DNA of 64,000 bases from NCBI RefSeq assembly GCF_016433145.1, contig NC_058135.1, forward strand, positions 276,142,426 to 276,206,425, given 5' to 3'. A program made the position numbers and the translations under genes. The stretch is from Gracilinanus agilis. Lineage: Eukaryota. The notes under the pieces are model-generated. The model saw only the letters and a list, made by a program, of their open reading frames with translations. It had not been told where the DNA came from and made no database searches. Shown in pieces: positions 50,812-63,690 of this stretch. Within the stretch, counting starts at the first letter, position 1; every line of letters starts with the position of its first letter.

Positions 50812-51756
50812 ATGGCCAAGGAAAATTCTACAGTAGTCACAGAGTTCCTCCTTTTAGGACTGACAGATCGTGAAGAATTGAAATTGATTCTCTTTATACT
50901 TTTCCTAATGATCTATATCATTTCTTTGATGGGGAATCTTGGAATGATTGTATTAATTCAAACCACCCCTAAACTTCATACTCCCATGTACTTTTTCCTC
51001 ACCTGTCTCTCATTTGTTGATGTTTGCTATTCTTCTGTTGCTGGACCAAAAATGCTGGTGAATTTCATTGTGGATAAGGCAACCATATCATTCACTGCTT
51101 GCATGTTGCAATATTTTTTACTTGCAATATTTATTACTACAGAGGGATTTTTCCTAGCAGTAATGGCATATGACCGGTATGTGGCAATTGCTAAGCCACT
51201 TCTTTATATGGTAGTCATGACCAAAAGAGTGTGTATCATGTTGGTCATTGGATCATGTATAGGAGGCATAGTTAATTCACTCACACACACAATTGGTTTA
51301 GTCAGATTAACATTCTGTGGGCCAAATGTCATCAGTCATTTCTTCTGTGATTTACCACCACTGCTGAAGCTCTCCTGCTCTGACACTTCCCTAAATGAAT
51401 TATTGGTTATAATATACTCAGGAATAATTTCTGTGATCACTCTCTTGACTGTAATCATCTCCTATATCTTCATTGTTGTTGCCATTCTTAGAATCTGCTC
51501 AGTAGCTGGAATACGTAAAGCCTTCTCAACATGTGCTTCCCATTTGACAGCTGTGACATTATTCTATGGCTCCATAACCTTTAACTACATTCAACCAAGC
51601 TCCCAGTATTCCCTAGAACAAGAGAAAGTAGTCTCTGTATTTTATATCATGGTGATCCCAATGCTAAATCCATTGATCTATAGTCTAAGGAACAAGGAGG
51701 TCCAGGATGCTGTTAAAAGAATAATAGAATTAAAAACATCTTTTTTATCAAAATGA
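50812..51756 (+). CDS. OR5J2-like: Olfactory receptor, OR5J2-like paralog A (314 aa)
   Basis: Intact ORF with all OR motifs. TVVTEFxLLGLTD, KLHTPMYF, KATISFxACM, FITTEGF, LSCSDTSxNELL, YIQPSSQY and EQEKVVS match recalled human OR5J2. Confidence 0.92.
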   Translation: MAKENSTVVTEFLLLGLTDREELKLILFILFLMIYIISLMGNLGMIVLIQTTPKLHTPMYFFLTCLSFVDVCYSSVAGPKMLVNFIVDKATISFTACMLQYFLLAIFITTEGFFLAVMAYDRYVAIAKPLLYMVVMTKRVCIMLVIGSCIGGIVNSLTHTIGLVRLTFCGPNVISHFFCDLPPLLKLSCSDTSLNELLVIIYSGIISVITLLTVIISYIFIVVAILRICSVAGIRKAFSTCASHLTAVTLFYGSITFNYIQPSSQYSLEQEKVVSVFYIMVIPMLNPLIYSLRNKEVQDAVKRIIELKTSFLSK

Positions 51757-54700
51757 AGCCTTTGGTCCAAAAATAGTGAATGTAGAGAATGTAGCAACAC
51801 TAACCTAAATAGTGCTTCATTGTAAAAATCAAGGAAATAAAGTGGAAACAAATCTTAGAATCACTCTTTGTGAAAATGTTCATCTCTTCTTTATATATAT
51901 TTTTCATTACAGACTTGAGCACTAAATCCTCTGTATGAAGAAGACTTTTTCACATCTGTTTCTTACTTATATTTATGAATTTATTCTATGGGAAACTTTT
52001 GCTTTTATACTTATGTCACAGAGTCAGCTACTCTCTAAAAAGAAATAAAATTCTTGCTGTTTATTATTTCATGGTCTTACCAATGTTTGATAGCCACACA
52101 AATCCATCCATCTATATACATAAATGTAAACATATCTAGTTTGAAAAATGAAGATGTGAAAAATATATTTTAATATTTTATACAATATCTAAGAAACTCT
52201 ACAATATTTTAGAATATAAAAATAATATAGAATTTATAGTCTAAAGAATAATTATATAGTGATGTGGTTATTATCCCCTTTTGATGGAGATTGAATTAAT
52301 GCTCATTTAGTAATAACTTGAAGATCTCTGGTCACTTCACTACAAATTAAACAAATTAAATTTATTTTGAGATAGTTTTAAGCATTAAGGAATTTTGTTG
52401 GAAAGGAAGGGAACTGCATTATTGTGAGACCAATTTCCTAAAATTAGCTTAAAATAGTGTTCTCCAGTTGGAGCAATTGATGTGATCATTAGAGGAGGAA
52501 AATTAAAAAAAAAAAAAAGCTAAGTTCCTTTAAAGATGACACAATATATATCCCTTTTAGTATCATATTATTTGAGTTGGAAGTATGCCACAGAAAACAC
52601 TAGATGTTAATTCATTGGATTCATTTATTGCATACTTCATAGCCTATTGGCTCAGTTGTTCAAAAAGTTATAATGCTATAATTAAGGCATTAATTCTCCA
52701 CTAATGGGACTAGAAAAGAAAAGTAAAAGAGATTTCCCATTCTTATCTCTACTTAAGAGAGTCATCATTGAATAAAGAGAGAAAAAAAACCTCATATCAC
52801 ATGTAAAATTATGTGGATTCAAGTCTATCTTGTGACATATTTATAATGTGAACTTGGGCAAATTATTTAATCTTTCTAGGTTCTAGAAAAAAGACCAAAT
52901 ATTTTAAATTTTTGAAAATTATCTAAAGGAATTGCCTTAGTCAGGATATCTCTAAATCAGTAAAAGCAAAGATCTACTTTATATCCTTTCTTAACAAACA
53001 TTGCAGTTGTCAGTTTAAGCTCTTAGCAAATATGAGTAAATTTGCCTCCTCAATGAAAACACCTTCCAATTGATTGGCAGTAGATAGACAAAATAATCAT
53101 TTGTATTGCTGAATATTTTTCCTTTTTAGCTGACTATTTTTCAAAATTTTCAAATAGCCAATCTCTAAATATCTAAATGACTAGTGTTCCAGGTAGGATT
53201 TCTTATACTTGGAACATTTGTTCTATGACTTGAATAATTTCAAAAGGCAAAATTTATTATTCTATTCTTCATGGAAATAAAATCCCATCAGTTTTTCTTT
53301 TCTTTCTTTTCTTCTCTTTTCTCTTTTTAAAAATACCAATAATCCATTAATGTGGTTAAATGTCAGGAAGACAGAAAATATAGTAGTATATCTAATCAAA
53401 TATTATATAAGATATAATATATATTATATGGTATATATAAATGTTAAATGGCATAAAATAATGGCCATGGAGAAATCCTTGCTTTATGTTAATTCACTGG
53501 CCTGTAGACAATGATGCATTTTAATCAATAAATGGAATAAAAGTTATCAAGGAAATACATGAGAGTCGCATATAGACTGGTCATAAGAACAGAGGATGAC
53601 AGAGTTCTGATACTATCTATTTGTGATCTTAGAAAAAAGGACAAGAGTTCTCTAGCACATAAGAACTATGATTTGATATTTATACTTCATGGAAAGGAGA
53701 CAGAGGAAGAAGGAAAATCAGAGAAAGGAAGGAATAGCAAAGAAAGAAGGAAGAAATAAAAATAAACTGGAAGAAGTAAAGATCAAAAAATGAGGGAAAG
53801 AATAAATGAAGGAGGAAAAGGAAGTTATGTAAGCAGACATAAGTGGTAGAGAGAAAGAAGGAGCTAGAAAATGGTACATTCAAATCAAACAAGCTTTGTC
53901 CTAGGCACTGAAGTCACCAGAACAAAAAATAAACAGTCCTTCTTCTCAAGAACCTATTGTTCTGATGAGGGAAATAGCAAGTCCATATATAAATATTTAC
54001 AGAATAATCAGAGCAAAGAATCTGATATAAGGCAGATGTGCTTTATATGAGGAAAAACAAAAAGGCTAGACAGTCTTGAACATAGTTTCAGAGAAAGGGA
54101 GAAATGTGTGAAGCTAGTCAGGTAGATAAGAGCAAGCTTTTAAAAGACTGTAAAAGAGGAGGGGAGGAGAAAGAGCATAGTTTATTTTAGAGGAAAACAG
54201 AAAGTACTGGATTTTTTAAGTAGGCAAATGAAATCATCAAAATTGTGTTTCAAGGTGAAAAATTACTTTTCCAGTTTTGTGGAAGATATATTGCATTGTA
54301 CAAGGACTTAATAGAGGAAAACCAATTGGAGGAAAACCATTTAAAAAGTTACTGTAATAATGAAGGTCAGAAATGATAAGGGTTTCATTTAAGGTCAGAG
54401 ATCTGTGAGAATTTTGATGTGATTGATGGCAATTAATGTGCTTGATCATGAGGAAGTGAAAATAAATTATATTATGCCAAGAGATTAAAATTCTATCAAT
54501 CAATCCACAAGCAATTATAAGTCCTATAAGGTGGGGAATTAAGAAGCAGAATCATAAAATCTTCTCAGGATAGGGAATGAGAGGGCCTCTAATCCATCCC
54601 GTCTTTCCTCCACATGATTACAATGGATTTTTGGCTCTCCATTCTATATGTGAAGATGTCCAGTGTTCAGAAAACAGATATATAGAAAATAACATAATCC

Positions 54701-57700
54701 TCTTTTGGGTCTTTATAGACTGCAACTCTATAATTTTGCATGGATGTCTCTTGTAAGGGTGAAGCTATATTAATTATCCCATCTCCATTTAAATTATATT
54801 ATCTTTGCATTTCAACTGTGTGCACAAAAAAGACACTTTTGATTTGTTTTAGACCTACTCATAGGACTCATAAAATGAGCAAACTAGTTGATAATTAGAT
54901 ATTTGAGAGGGAGAGAGACAAGTGAAAAACCTTTAGCCAATACTCTGAAAAGGAATTATTTCAGGAAGAGAAGAGCACTGAGATAGTTTGTGACTTCTTC
55001 GTCAGAAGAAGACCTCATGAACTTTAGAGAATCACTGCCTGAGATATTTCTCCCTTATCCTATCAGCATCTCTGCAACAGTAGTGATCATAAAACTCCGG
55101 AGTTGGGAAATATAAAGTATAAATTAAAAAAAAAAACACTGTGGAAAGTATTATTCAGAATTCCACAAGTAGTGTACTAGAAATGGTACACCTATGCTTC
55201 AGGGAAATTTCATCAATATGAAAAGCAGAAATGATGGACAGCTGCTATATTATTTAGTTGATTTTTTGCTCTCTTCTTTCTAATATGATTGGCTCAATAT
55301 GAATTTCATTTATTTTTTCACAGAATTAGTTTTTAACTTAATTTTAATTTCTGTGATTTATCCTATCACCCTTTAATTTTTTATTATTTTCTCTTTTGTG
55401 TTCATTGTTAGTTTTATTTTATTTTGTTTTGTTTATTTTCTATTTTTAAATGAATATGCAGTCTAGTAAATCATTGGCTTTTTTTTTTCTATTTTGTTAC
55501 TGTATGATTGTAGGTATATATATTTCCCATTTGGACTGCATTAGCTCCATCCCAGAAATTTTGCCATACTGTTTCATTATAAATATTTTTACCCAATTAT
55601 TAACAAATTCTATGATTCAACAATGTTGTTTGACCCATTCATTATTTAATTTAACAATTTTACTTTTCATTTGGGTGCTAAACTTTTGTTTCTCAGATCT
55701 GAGCCAATTTCTTATCGTCTATTTTAAGGATTGTAAAGCATGCATTAATTATTTCTGCATTTTTATATCTTGTGTAACATCTCTGTACTTTAGGATATAA
55801 TCAGTTTTTTAAATAGTTTCCAGTGATATAGAAAAAAATTATCATTATGATTTTAGATGCCATGTCTTTTAACTCTAATTTGTCCAAAAATTTGTTCATT
55901 TTCTTATTTATTCTTTTTCTATATTTCCATTAGCATAAAGGGAAATTGAAGTCTATCACAATTATGTTACTATCTACATATTTAAATTGTGTTACTATAT
56001 ATTTAATATCTATATATTTAAGGACCAAACAGAGAAAAACTAGTTTATATTGTTGCTAATAGGCTGTCAATTGAGTTTAATGAATAAAGAGTGTAAAATG
56101 TTTTGGCCTCTGTTTTCATAACATTAATTTGAAAGCTGAGTGGAAGATAGATTGGGGGAGACAGACCAAGGGAGGATTACTGGCCTCCATCCAACAGCTA
56201 GTATAATTATTCAGGCATAAGTTACTGAGTATACATAAATCAGGATGGTGAGGGTGTAAAAGAAGAGAAGGGAACATATACAAGAGATGTTACAGAGGTA
56301 GAAATTACAGGATTTTATGAATGATTGGATAAGCCAAATATGAGAGAGTGAAGAGTCTGGAAAGACATTTAAGTTGTGTGACTATGCTTTACAGTGATAA
56401 GGAAGTTAGCAAAAAAGGTGGATCCAAGGTGAAAGATAATTAGCTATGTATCAGACAATGTATGGTATGTTTGCAATGAATATAGAACAGCAAATTTGAG
56501 AAGGAAAGGAAAAGGGTGACTAGGTTATGAGCATGTCCAGACTTTCACACACAGATTTAGAATAGAATAAATACCAGTACAGAGTGACAGGGAAACCTTA
56601 TAGTTTCCCTGATATATTTAAGTGATATATTTAAGAAGTTAAATGTTAAAGAATTAGAATAGAAGAAATACCAGTACAGAGTGACAGGGAAACCTTATTG
56701 TTAAAAATTAAGATCTGTTGAAAGATCTAGCAAAAGAGAGAGAGAAGGAGCAATAAAACAGGTAGAAGGAAAGCCAGGAGAAAATAGTGTCAAGCAAAAA
56801 AAATCTAGGGAGAAAAGAATATTAATAAATAGATTGATAGGAAAAGAAATTGAGCTCACATTAAACCATATAAACTGTTAATGGATTAACTTAAAACCCT
56901 GTATCATTCAATGTGACTGAAAAAGAGAAGGCTAGAATAGAGCAGAGTTTTCTAAATTGCAGTACTCCCACGTAAAGAACCAGGGTGAGTTAAAGAGACT
57001 GGATGAATTTATAGGTACTCGAAGTCCAACAGGTGAAAAAATATTAGTTATTTAATCCAATAATTCAACCAACATATTCACTTAAAAAATAAACATATAT
57101 AATCAGTCAAAAATTGAGTTTAACATGGCTAATTCATTCCAGCAAACTGAATAACAGTGTAACCCTCGACCTTAACATTAAATTTGTTAAATATAATTTG
57201 TGTAAAATGAGTTTTGTGGTTTGATGTCATATATATGTGTGTGTATACATATGTATATATATATATGTATGAATACATATATATATATATTAGAGAGAGA
57301 AAGATCCTTATTGTTGAAAAAAATTGTGGATAGAAAGTCATTACTGATGTCATGTTTTGAGAAAATTAAAAGAAATTAAGCTCATCTGTAACATTATTAA
57401 TATTCTTATTTATATCATTATGAAAAGTATAAATTATCTCTCATTATATCTATATATTTTTACTTTGGGTTACTTTATTTTAGCTTTTGATGTTAAAAAA
57501 TGTAATATTGATTTCATTTTCCTGACATGTAAACTAAAATTATTTGTATAGATTATTTTATAAAGTATATGGGTGCTTTGATAATATTTTAAATTTGACT
57601 GGAGAATTTTTTCATGACTCTGGAGATTATTGGGATAATGAATTGATGGGAGCCATTTTAATTCTGGCATATTAAAATTTAAAGTTCTTCTCACCTCTGA

Positions 57701-57819
57701 TAGAATATATTTTAAGTCTTTCTTTGTTGGTTTCGACTCCACAATTACTGCCAATTAATGTTCAGTTGTACAAAGTTTGTTGCAAATTTGACATTCTATG
57801 TCTACATTTGAATAAAATG

Positions 57820-57869
<50 letters not shown>
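57820..57869. repeat. (TAA)n microsatellite
   Basis: Direct. Confidence 0.98.
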
Positions 57870-57871
<2 letters not shown>

Positions 57872-58973
57872 CACCACTTTGCAAAATATTAAATTTTGTA
57901 AAGTATATAAAAATATCTTTTTATTCTGAAAAATTGCTATAATGCAGATATTATTTACAAACATTTACAACAAAATAGAAAACTGAGGGAAATATAGCTT
58001 AAATGACTTGCCTCTAATTGCACAACTATTAAGAAACCAAGGTCAGTTTTGAACCTAGTTCTTTCTGACACAATGTCCCTCATTCTATTTGCTTCAGAAT
58101 AAAACTGCTGGGCATTACTACTTCCATGGTCCTATAGAAATCTAATTTCTGCTACATTAAGCCTTCACCACAACTAAGTAATTTCAGCCAATCTCCCATA
58201 GATAAGAAACAATGAATGTCTTAATTACTTTTACTGCATCTAGGACTAAAGCATTGATATTCAGAATCCTTTCAGTATTAGAGAAAGGATCACTGGAATA
58301 GAGGACCAAAGATATGGATTGAGTCACTTTCTATGTTTGGGGATTTTACCTAATCTTTTAAACACTGTGAAAATGAATTTTGTGATCACCTCATTTCTAA
58401 ATCTTAATGTTCTACTTCTTTATTTGAAGAAAAAGATTATTCATTTGATTCGTGCCATGGAGTTGAAAAAAATAAACCAGCCATAACTAGTACATTAATA
58501 TTTAGTATAAAGAACTTCTTGAGAAAGGAAATATTGAAAATTATTATTTCTACAAAATATTAACTTTTCTTGAATATTTTTAAATAAGATACTTCATAAT
58601 TCCCCCCCCCAACATAGTTTTGTTGCCCTCCTTCTAGAGGAGAAAAAATTAAGCATATTCAAAGTCTATTTTTCTAAACTGAGGTAGCAACACACTAAGG
58701 AGGTTTCTTTGCTCCTCAGATTCTCAGAAATAAGAAATCAACTGAAATATAACCATTTATATTCACTCAAATTAAGATCAATGAAGATCTCCTTCACTGC
58801 TCTCTAACTTCTCCTCTATTACATATATGCTCATCTCTTAAATTTACAACTCTGAATGCAGAACTGCTCAATTGATAGAAATGTGTTTTCTGTGATTTTG
58901 TTTGCATTCCCCATGGTCCTCAAATGAATATTATTAATGATGTATTTTTGTTATTAGTTTAAACTTTGCCTGA

Positions 58974-59015
58974 CCTCCAGGGAATATGCCCCCAAGTACA
59001 AGAAAAAAATATAAA
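58974..59015 (+). promoter_or_regulatory. Predicted promoter of OR5J2-like B
   Basis: CCTCCAGGGAAT (EBF-like) with shared motif AGGGAATATGCCCC (58979-58992), TATAAA (59010-59015). Confidence 0.6.
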
Positions 59016-60479
59016 ATGCTCTCTTGTGTCAACAAAGCTTAAAGGAAAGAATTGTTTTCTACTTCTATATCTAACATTTTCATAGTCTTGTGCCTTTTTT
59101 TGTTGGTTTTATAACTATCAAAAACTACAACAACTTTTGGTTCTACTTCCTAAAACCTCAGTTTAGTCTATGTTTGAACTATAAGGTAATGAAGCATTTT
59201 AAGTTATATGCTACTATTTTGATGTATCTGAGTAAGAAACTATGAGAATTAGGTGAGCAACTTCAATAAATTGAAATCTCAATCTATTTGGTAAGTGAAA
59301 TGAATTTCATGTAAATTCCCTTTATTTTTAAATTACTATGAATATTTCAATATTTTGAACTTAATAAATAAAGTGTTTTAACATAATGAGAAAAAATGTG
59401 GACATTTATCTTCAAAGTTTTATGTTTAGAGCATGGCTTTTATACTTAGAACATGATTGACCTGTAGCAATTACCAAATTAGTTCTTTGTGCATCAATTT
59501 CCTTGTCTAGAAAATACTATTATTAACTAAATCACAATAATTATGTATCATAATGGATGTATAATAACACATATATTTTAAGAGGCTATATAAAAGTTGT
59601 TTTTCATGCTACTGTTGCTACTGAAAGTAAATCAGTTTGTTTTGAGTTTTGTCTTAAAGGACAAATACAGAAATGGGAAGATTAATAGAAACAAAAAAAG
59701 TATAAGAAAAAACAGAGAAAGACAATTTTAAAAATTATTTGTTTTCTTTTGTTTTTAAATGATTAAGAAATCCCTTCTGGCTTGATAATAAGGTTCAAAA
59801 CTAGCTCATTAGTTGGAATTGACATATGTTAAAGGGAATTATTGGGTAGGAAAGATAATAATGAATTGAAAGTTATCAATCCAAGAAATGGACATCAGAA
59901 ATATTGGGCTTCATTCCTAGATGTATGAAAGGGAACAAATTATAACCCCTAACCCTCAATATCATCATTTTATAAAATCAGTATAATAACTCAATCTACT
60001 TGACTGGCCTTGACTTGATATCAAGAAAAGATAAATGCAGTCCTGCTTCTTCTGTATACTGGCTTTGTGTTTTTTGTTTGTTTGTTTGTTAGACCATCTC
60101 TATATTATCTACCTTTGCGACCAGATGGACATTTTGATTAAATGTTGGATTTGAACTATATGGTACTTAGATCACCATAAAGTTAGCTAAATACAATAAC
60201 AGAAAATGATAAAAGGACAGAGTCCAAATCCCTGATTTTTAAATTTGACAAAATATTTTATATTATTCCTATGAATAAAATTTGAGATAAAGACTACAAA
60301 TTTTTCTTTAGGTATAGAATTCAATGAGTGAATCATTTTTAATCTTTTAAAATCATTATTTATTCCTTGTAAATATTGAAATAATTGCCTAATATTGTAT
60401 TCCAATGATCACTTCATGGTCAAGAGCTAGCTGATATTACTAACAACTTCTCATTGCAACCCAATGATATCCTAAAAAT

Positions 60480-61130
60480 CAAATTTTCAGATGATATAAA
60501 CGTGGGTGAGAGAATTCACTTAGTAAATCAAGATTTACTCAGGATCAAAAAGGATATTACTAAACTATTTTTAATTTATTCTAAATCAGCTAAATCCAGT
60601 GGAAATGAATATATAATGCTATGGGTAAATATATACATTTCACAAGGAAAATATGAAGTAAATATAGCCAGACAAGTTTCTCAGGAAAAAGCGGGGAAAA
60701 TAACCTCAATAATTGGGAAAGTAAGGGATGGCAAAGTCAAAACAAGTTAACAATGGGATATGGCAGTCAATTTCTTTGTGAACTAATAGGGGCACTGGGT
60801 TTTAGGAATGACCCTAACAAAGTTAAGCCAATTCAAAGGAGAATGACTATAATGATGAAGAGACCCAATATCATTTATTTTTTACATTATATGAAAAAAG
60901 AATAGATTAGAAAATGCTTCATATATATGATACATATATATTCAAGTCAATACTACATATTTAATTGAAAAATGCATAAGCCATTTATTATTATATGTTA
61001 GCTGCTTCAACTATAAAAGGGTCATCATCTGAAAGAAATGTTAGACATATTCACTTTGAAATTTGAGATTGGAATTGGGAGAAGTAAGAAAAGATAAATG
61101 TGGGCTCTTAATAAGGAAAAAGAAATCCTC
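60480..61130 (+). mobile_element. L3/CR1 fragment (shared with paralog A)
   Basis: ttttcagatgatataaac...caggatcaaaaaggat; same position in the intron as 47695. Confidence 0.55.
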
Positions 61131-61345
61131 CTTAACAACTACAGGTATAGAACTTTGGAGTTAATTGCTTGAGGGGGAAATGCATATCCCCTTTCTTGGA
61201 AACTTTTACTCCAAATGTGGATGGCCAATTCACATTGATATTGTCAAAATCATCAGAGAGATATTTGATGGCATAAACAACTTCCTCATTGCCTTTAATT
61301 ATCACTTATTGTGATTCTCTAATTATTCCTCACTACTCACAAATC

Positions 61346-61347
<2 letters not shown>

Positions 61348-61387
<40 letters not shown>
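61348..61387. repeat. (GA)n microsatellite
   Basis: Direct. Confidence 0.98.
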
Positions 61388-61388
<1 letters not shown>

Positions 61389-61390
<2 letters not shown>

Positions 61391-62069
61391 TATCAAATAC
61401 TTTCCCCTGGCTTATGTAGCTAGCTTTTGCAAGTAGCCATCTTCTACAAACTGTAAGAAGATGGGGTTCAGAGTTTAGGATCCCCAAAGAAGGCATGGGA
61501 CATTTGGAAGACTGTTGGACCAGCCCTATAAAAAGGAGGTGATCCCAAGGCAAACTAACTCAGTCCTGAGTGGTGGGTGGTAAGGGTATAAAGGGAGGTA
61601 GCTCTCCATTTGAACCCCAGAACCTTCACCAGGATTTGTGTTAACCTCATCCACATTGCTGGGCCTGGCAACTTAGGTCTATACCTGTCATTATTGAATT
61701 TATTGAATATCATCCATCAATTAATATCAATGACAACTTCAACAAGACATCTTTGAAGAAGCATCAGCTACTTGCCTTCATCTGGTTTAGCTAACACTTT
61801 TAGACCATTTGCTAGCAGGCAGAAAACTGTAACAACTGAGTATATAATTCTCTCAGAGCTTTCCCTGTGGGGAACTGCCAGATTCTCACTCATTTAGCTT
61901 TAGTCTTAGATTTCCCTGAATCCACAATACTTCCCCATCAATCCTGAATTCCCCATATCATTAATTTATACTTTTATTAGTTAATTAAAAGTGATCTGTT
62001 GAAGAAACCGAAGTTATCTTGGTCTGATCCATCAACTCCAGAAGGATTCCCATATTTTGAAGCTTGGCA
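61389..62069. mobile_element. Putative solo LTR in the intron of paralog B
   Basis: GC-richer 680-bp block, TG...CA ends, TATA-like ctataaaa and gtataaag, no counterpart seen in the paralog A intron; no TSD found. Confidence 0.35.
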
Positions 62070-62751
62070 ATTGGGAAATTTCTATACTGTGAGGGGTATC
62101 ATAGGTCTTTTACAAATCTGAGCCTAAGATTCTTCCCCTCAACAGTTGAATATATTTACCACCTTGGCATTAATATCAGCTTAAACCATATTTAACATCT
62201 AAAGATATCTGATTATCCATCACAAGGAAGTTAGTGAGTTTGGGCCCTCATCTGTTAGGAGTTCTCAAGAAGCCTGACTGCTCCCCCTTTCAGAGTGGGA
62301 AAACAGCAGACCAGACAGCAGCTTTGAGAAATAATACTAACACTAATGTGCTGATTTGTAGGTAAAAAAATGGCAAAATTAGATGATTAAATGAATTCTA
62401 AGACTAATTTAAAGGTGAGATTTTTGTTGTTGTGGTTTATTTGTTTTTGTTGTTGTTTTTTAAGTTTATTTATCACCTAAGTCACTTTACCTTACTGAAC
62501 CTCTATTGATTCAATGGGGAAAAATTGGACTAGAGGGTTTCTGAGGTCCTTTTTTTCTTTATATTAATGATATATTATCTAAGAGAATATGTTCCTCTTC
62601 TTTTTCGATTTCAATTTTTCAATGAAAAACATTTTTATGTACTGGTTCCATCTTGATGACTTTACTGAACTTTTTTCCTTCTTTTTTGTATTCCAGATTA
62701 ATTCCATTTTTGTTTTCTTTCTTGCAGTAATTGATATGAAAAACCAAGTAA

Positions 62752-63690
62752 ATGGCCACAGAAAATTCTACAGTGGTTACAGAGTTCCTCCTTTTAGGAC
62801 TGACAGATCATGCAGAATTGAAAGTGCTTCTCTTTATTCTTTTCCTGATAATATATATAATTTCTTTGGTGGGAAATGTGGGTATGATTGTATTAATTCG
62901 AATCTCCCCTAAGCTTCACACTCCTATGTATTTTTTTCTGAGTTGTCTCTCGTTAGTTGATGCTTGTTATTGTTTTGTCTTTGGACCTGAAATGCTTCTG
63001 AATTTCTTTGAGGAGAAGGCAACTATATCATTTGCTGCTTGTATATTACAATACTTTGTATTTGCAGAACTTATTACCACTGAAGGTTTTTTCTTAGCAG
63101 TGATGGCATTTGATAGGTATATGGCGATTGCTAATCCATTACTTTACATGGTGGTCATGACTAAAAAAGTGTGTGCCATTCTGGTCATTGGATCATGTAT
63201 AGGAGGAATCATTAATTCATTGACCCATACAATTGGATTAGTCAGATTGTCTTACTGTGGACCAAATGTAATCAGCCATTTCTTCTGTGATGTGCCCCCA
63301 CTGTTGGAGCTTTCGTGCTCTGACACTTCTGGAAATGAATTGTTGCTCCTGATATTCTCAGGTGTAATTGCTATAATGACCTTCTTAACAGTGATCATCT
63401 CTTATATCTTCATTGTTGTTGCCATCCTCAGGATCCGCTCAGCAGCTGGTACACGTAAAGCCTTCTCCACCTGTGCTTCCCACCTGACAGCTGTGACTTT
63501 GTTCTATGGGTCTGTAAGCTTTAGCTACATTCAGCCAAGTTCACAGTATTCCATGGATCAAGAGAAAGTTGTTTCAGTATTTTATACTATCGTAATCCCA
63601 ATGCTTAACCCATTGATTTATAGCCTAAGAAACAAGGAAGTCAAAGATGCTGTGAAAAGGGCAATAGAATTGAAACCATCTTTTTGTTAA
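62752..63690 (+). CDS. OR5J2-like: Olfactory receptor, OR5J2-like paralog B (312 aa)
   Basis: Intact ORF with all OR motifs. [10 protein letters not shown] and AVKRAIE match recalled human OR5J2. Colinear with the ORF at 50812. Confidence 0.92.
   Translation: MATENSTVVTEFLLLGLTDHAELKVLLFILFLIIYIISLVGNVGMIVLIRISPKLHTPMYFFLSCLSLVDACYCFVFGPEMLLNFFEEKATISFAACILQYFVFAELITTEGFFLAVMAFDRYMAIANPLLYMVVMTKKVCAILVIGSCIGGIINSLTHTIGLVRLSYCGPNVISHFFCDVPPLLELSCSDTSGNELLLLIFSGVIAIMTFLTVIISYIFIVVAILRIRSAAGTRKAFSTCASHLTAVTLFYGSVSFSYIQPSSQYSMDQEKVVSVFYTIVIPMLNPLIYSLRNKEVKDAVKRAIELKPSFC

Larger units (their letters stand above)
59291..62727 (+). other. Predicted 5'UTR intron of OR5J2-like B
   Basis: Donor TTG|GTAAGT; acceptor ttttgttttctttcttgcAG 24 nt before the ATG (same geometry as the paralog). 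Second candidate acceptor ends at 62696. Confidence 0.55.

Noticed and set aside
51175-51200. Cys of [10 protein letters not shown] replaced by Ala in all three OR5J genes, as a sign of decay
   Set aside because: Shared by all three, and recalled human OR5J2 also lacks this Cys; it is a subfamily trait.
56943-57200. Possible hAT terminus cagagttttctaaatt
   Set aside because: No second TIR or TSD found.
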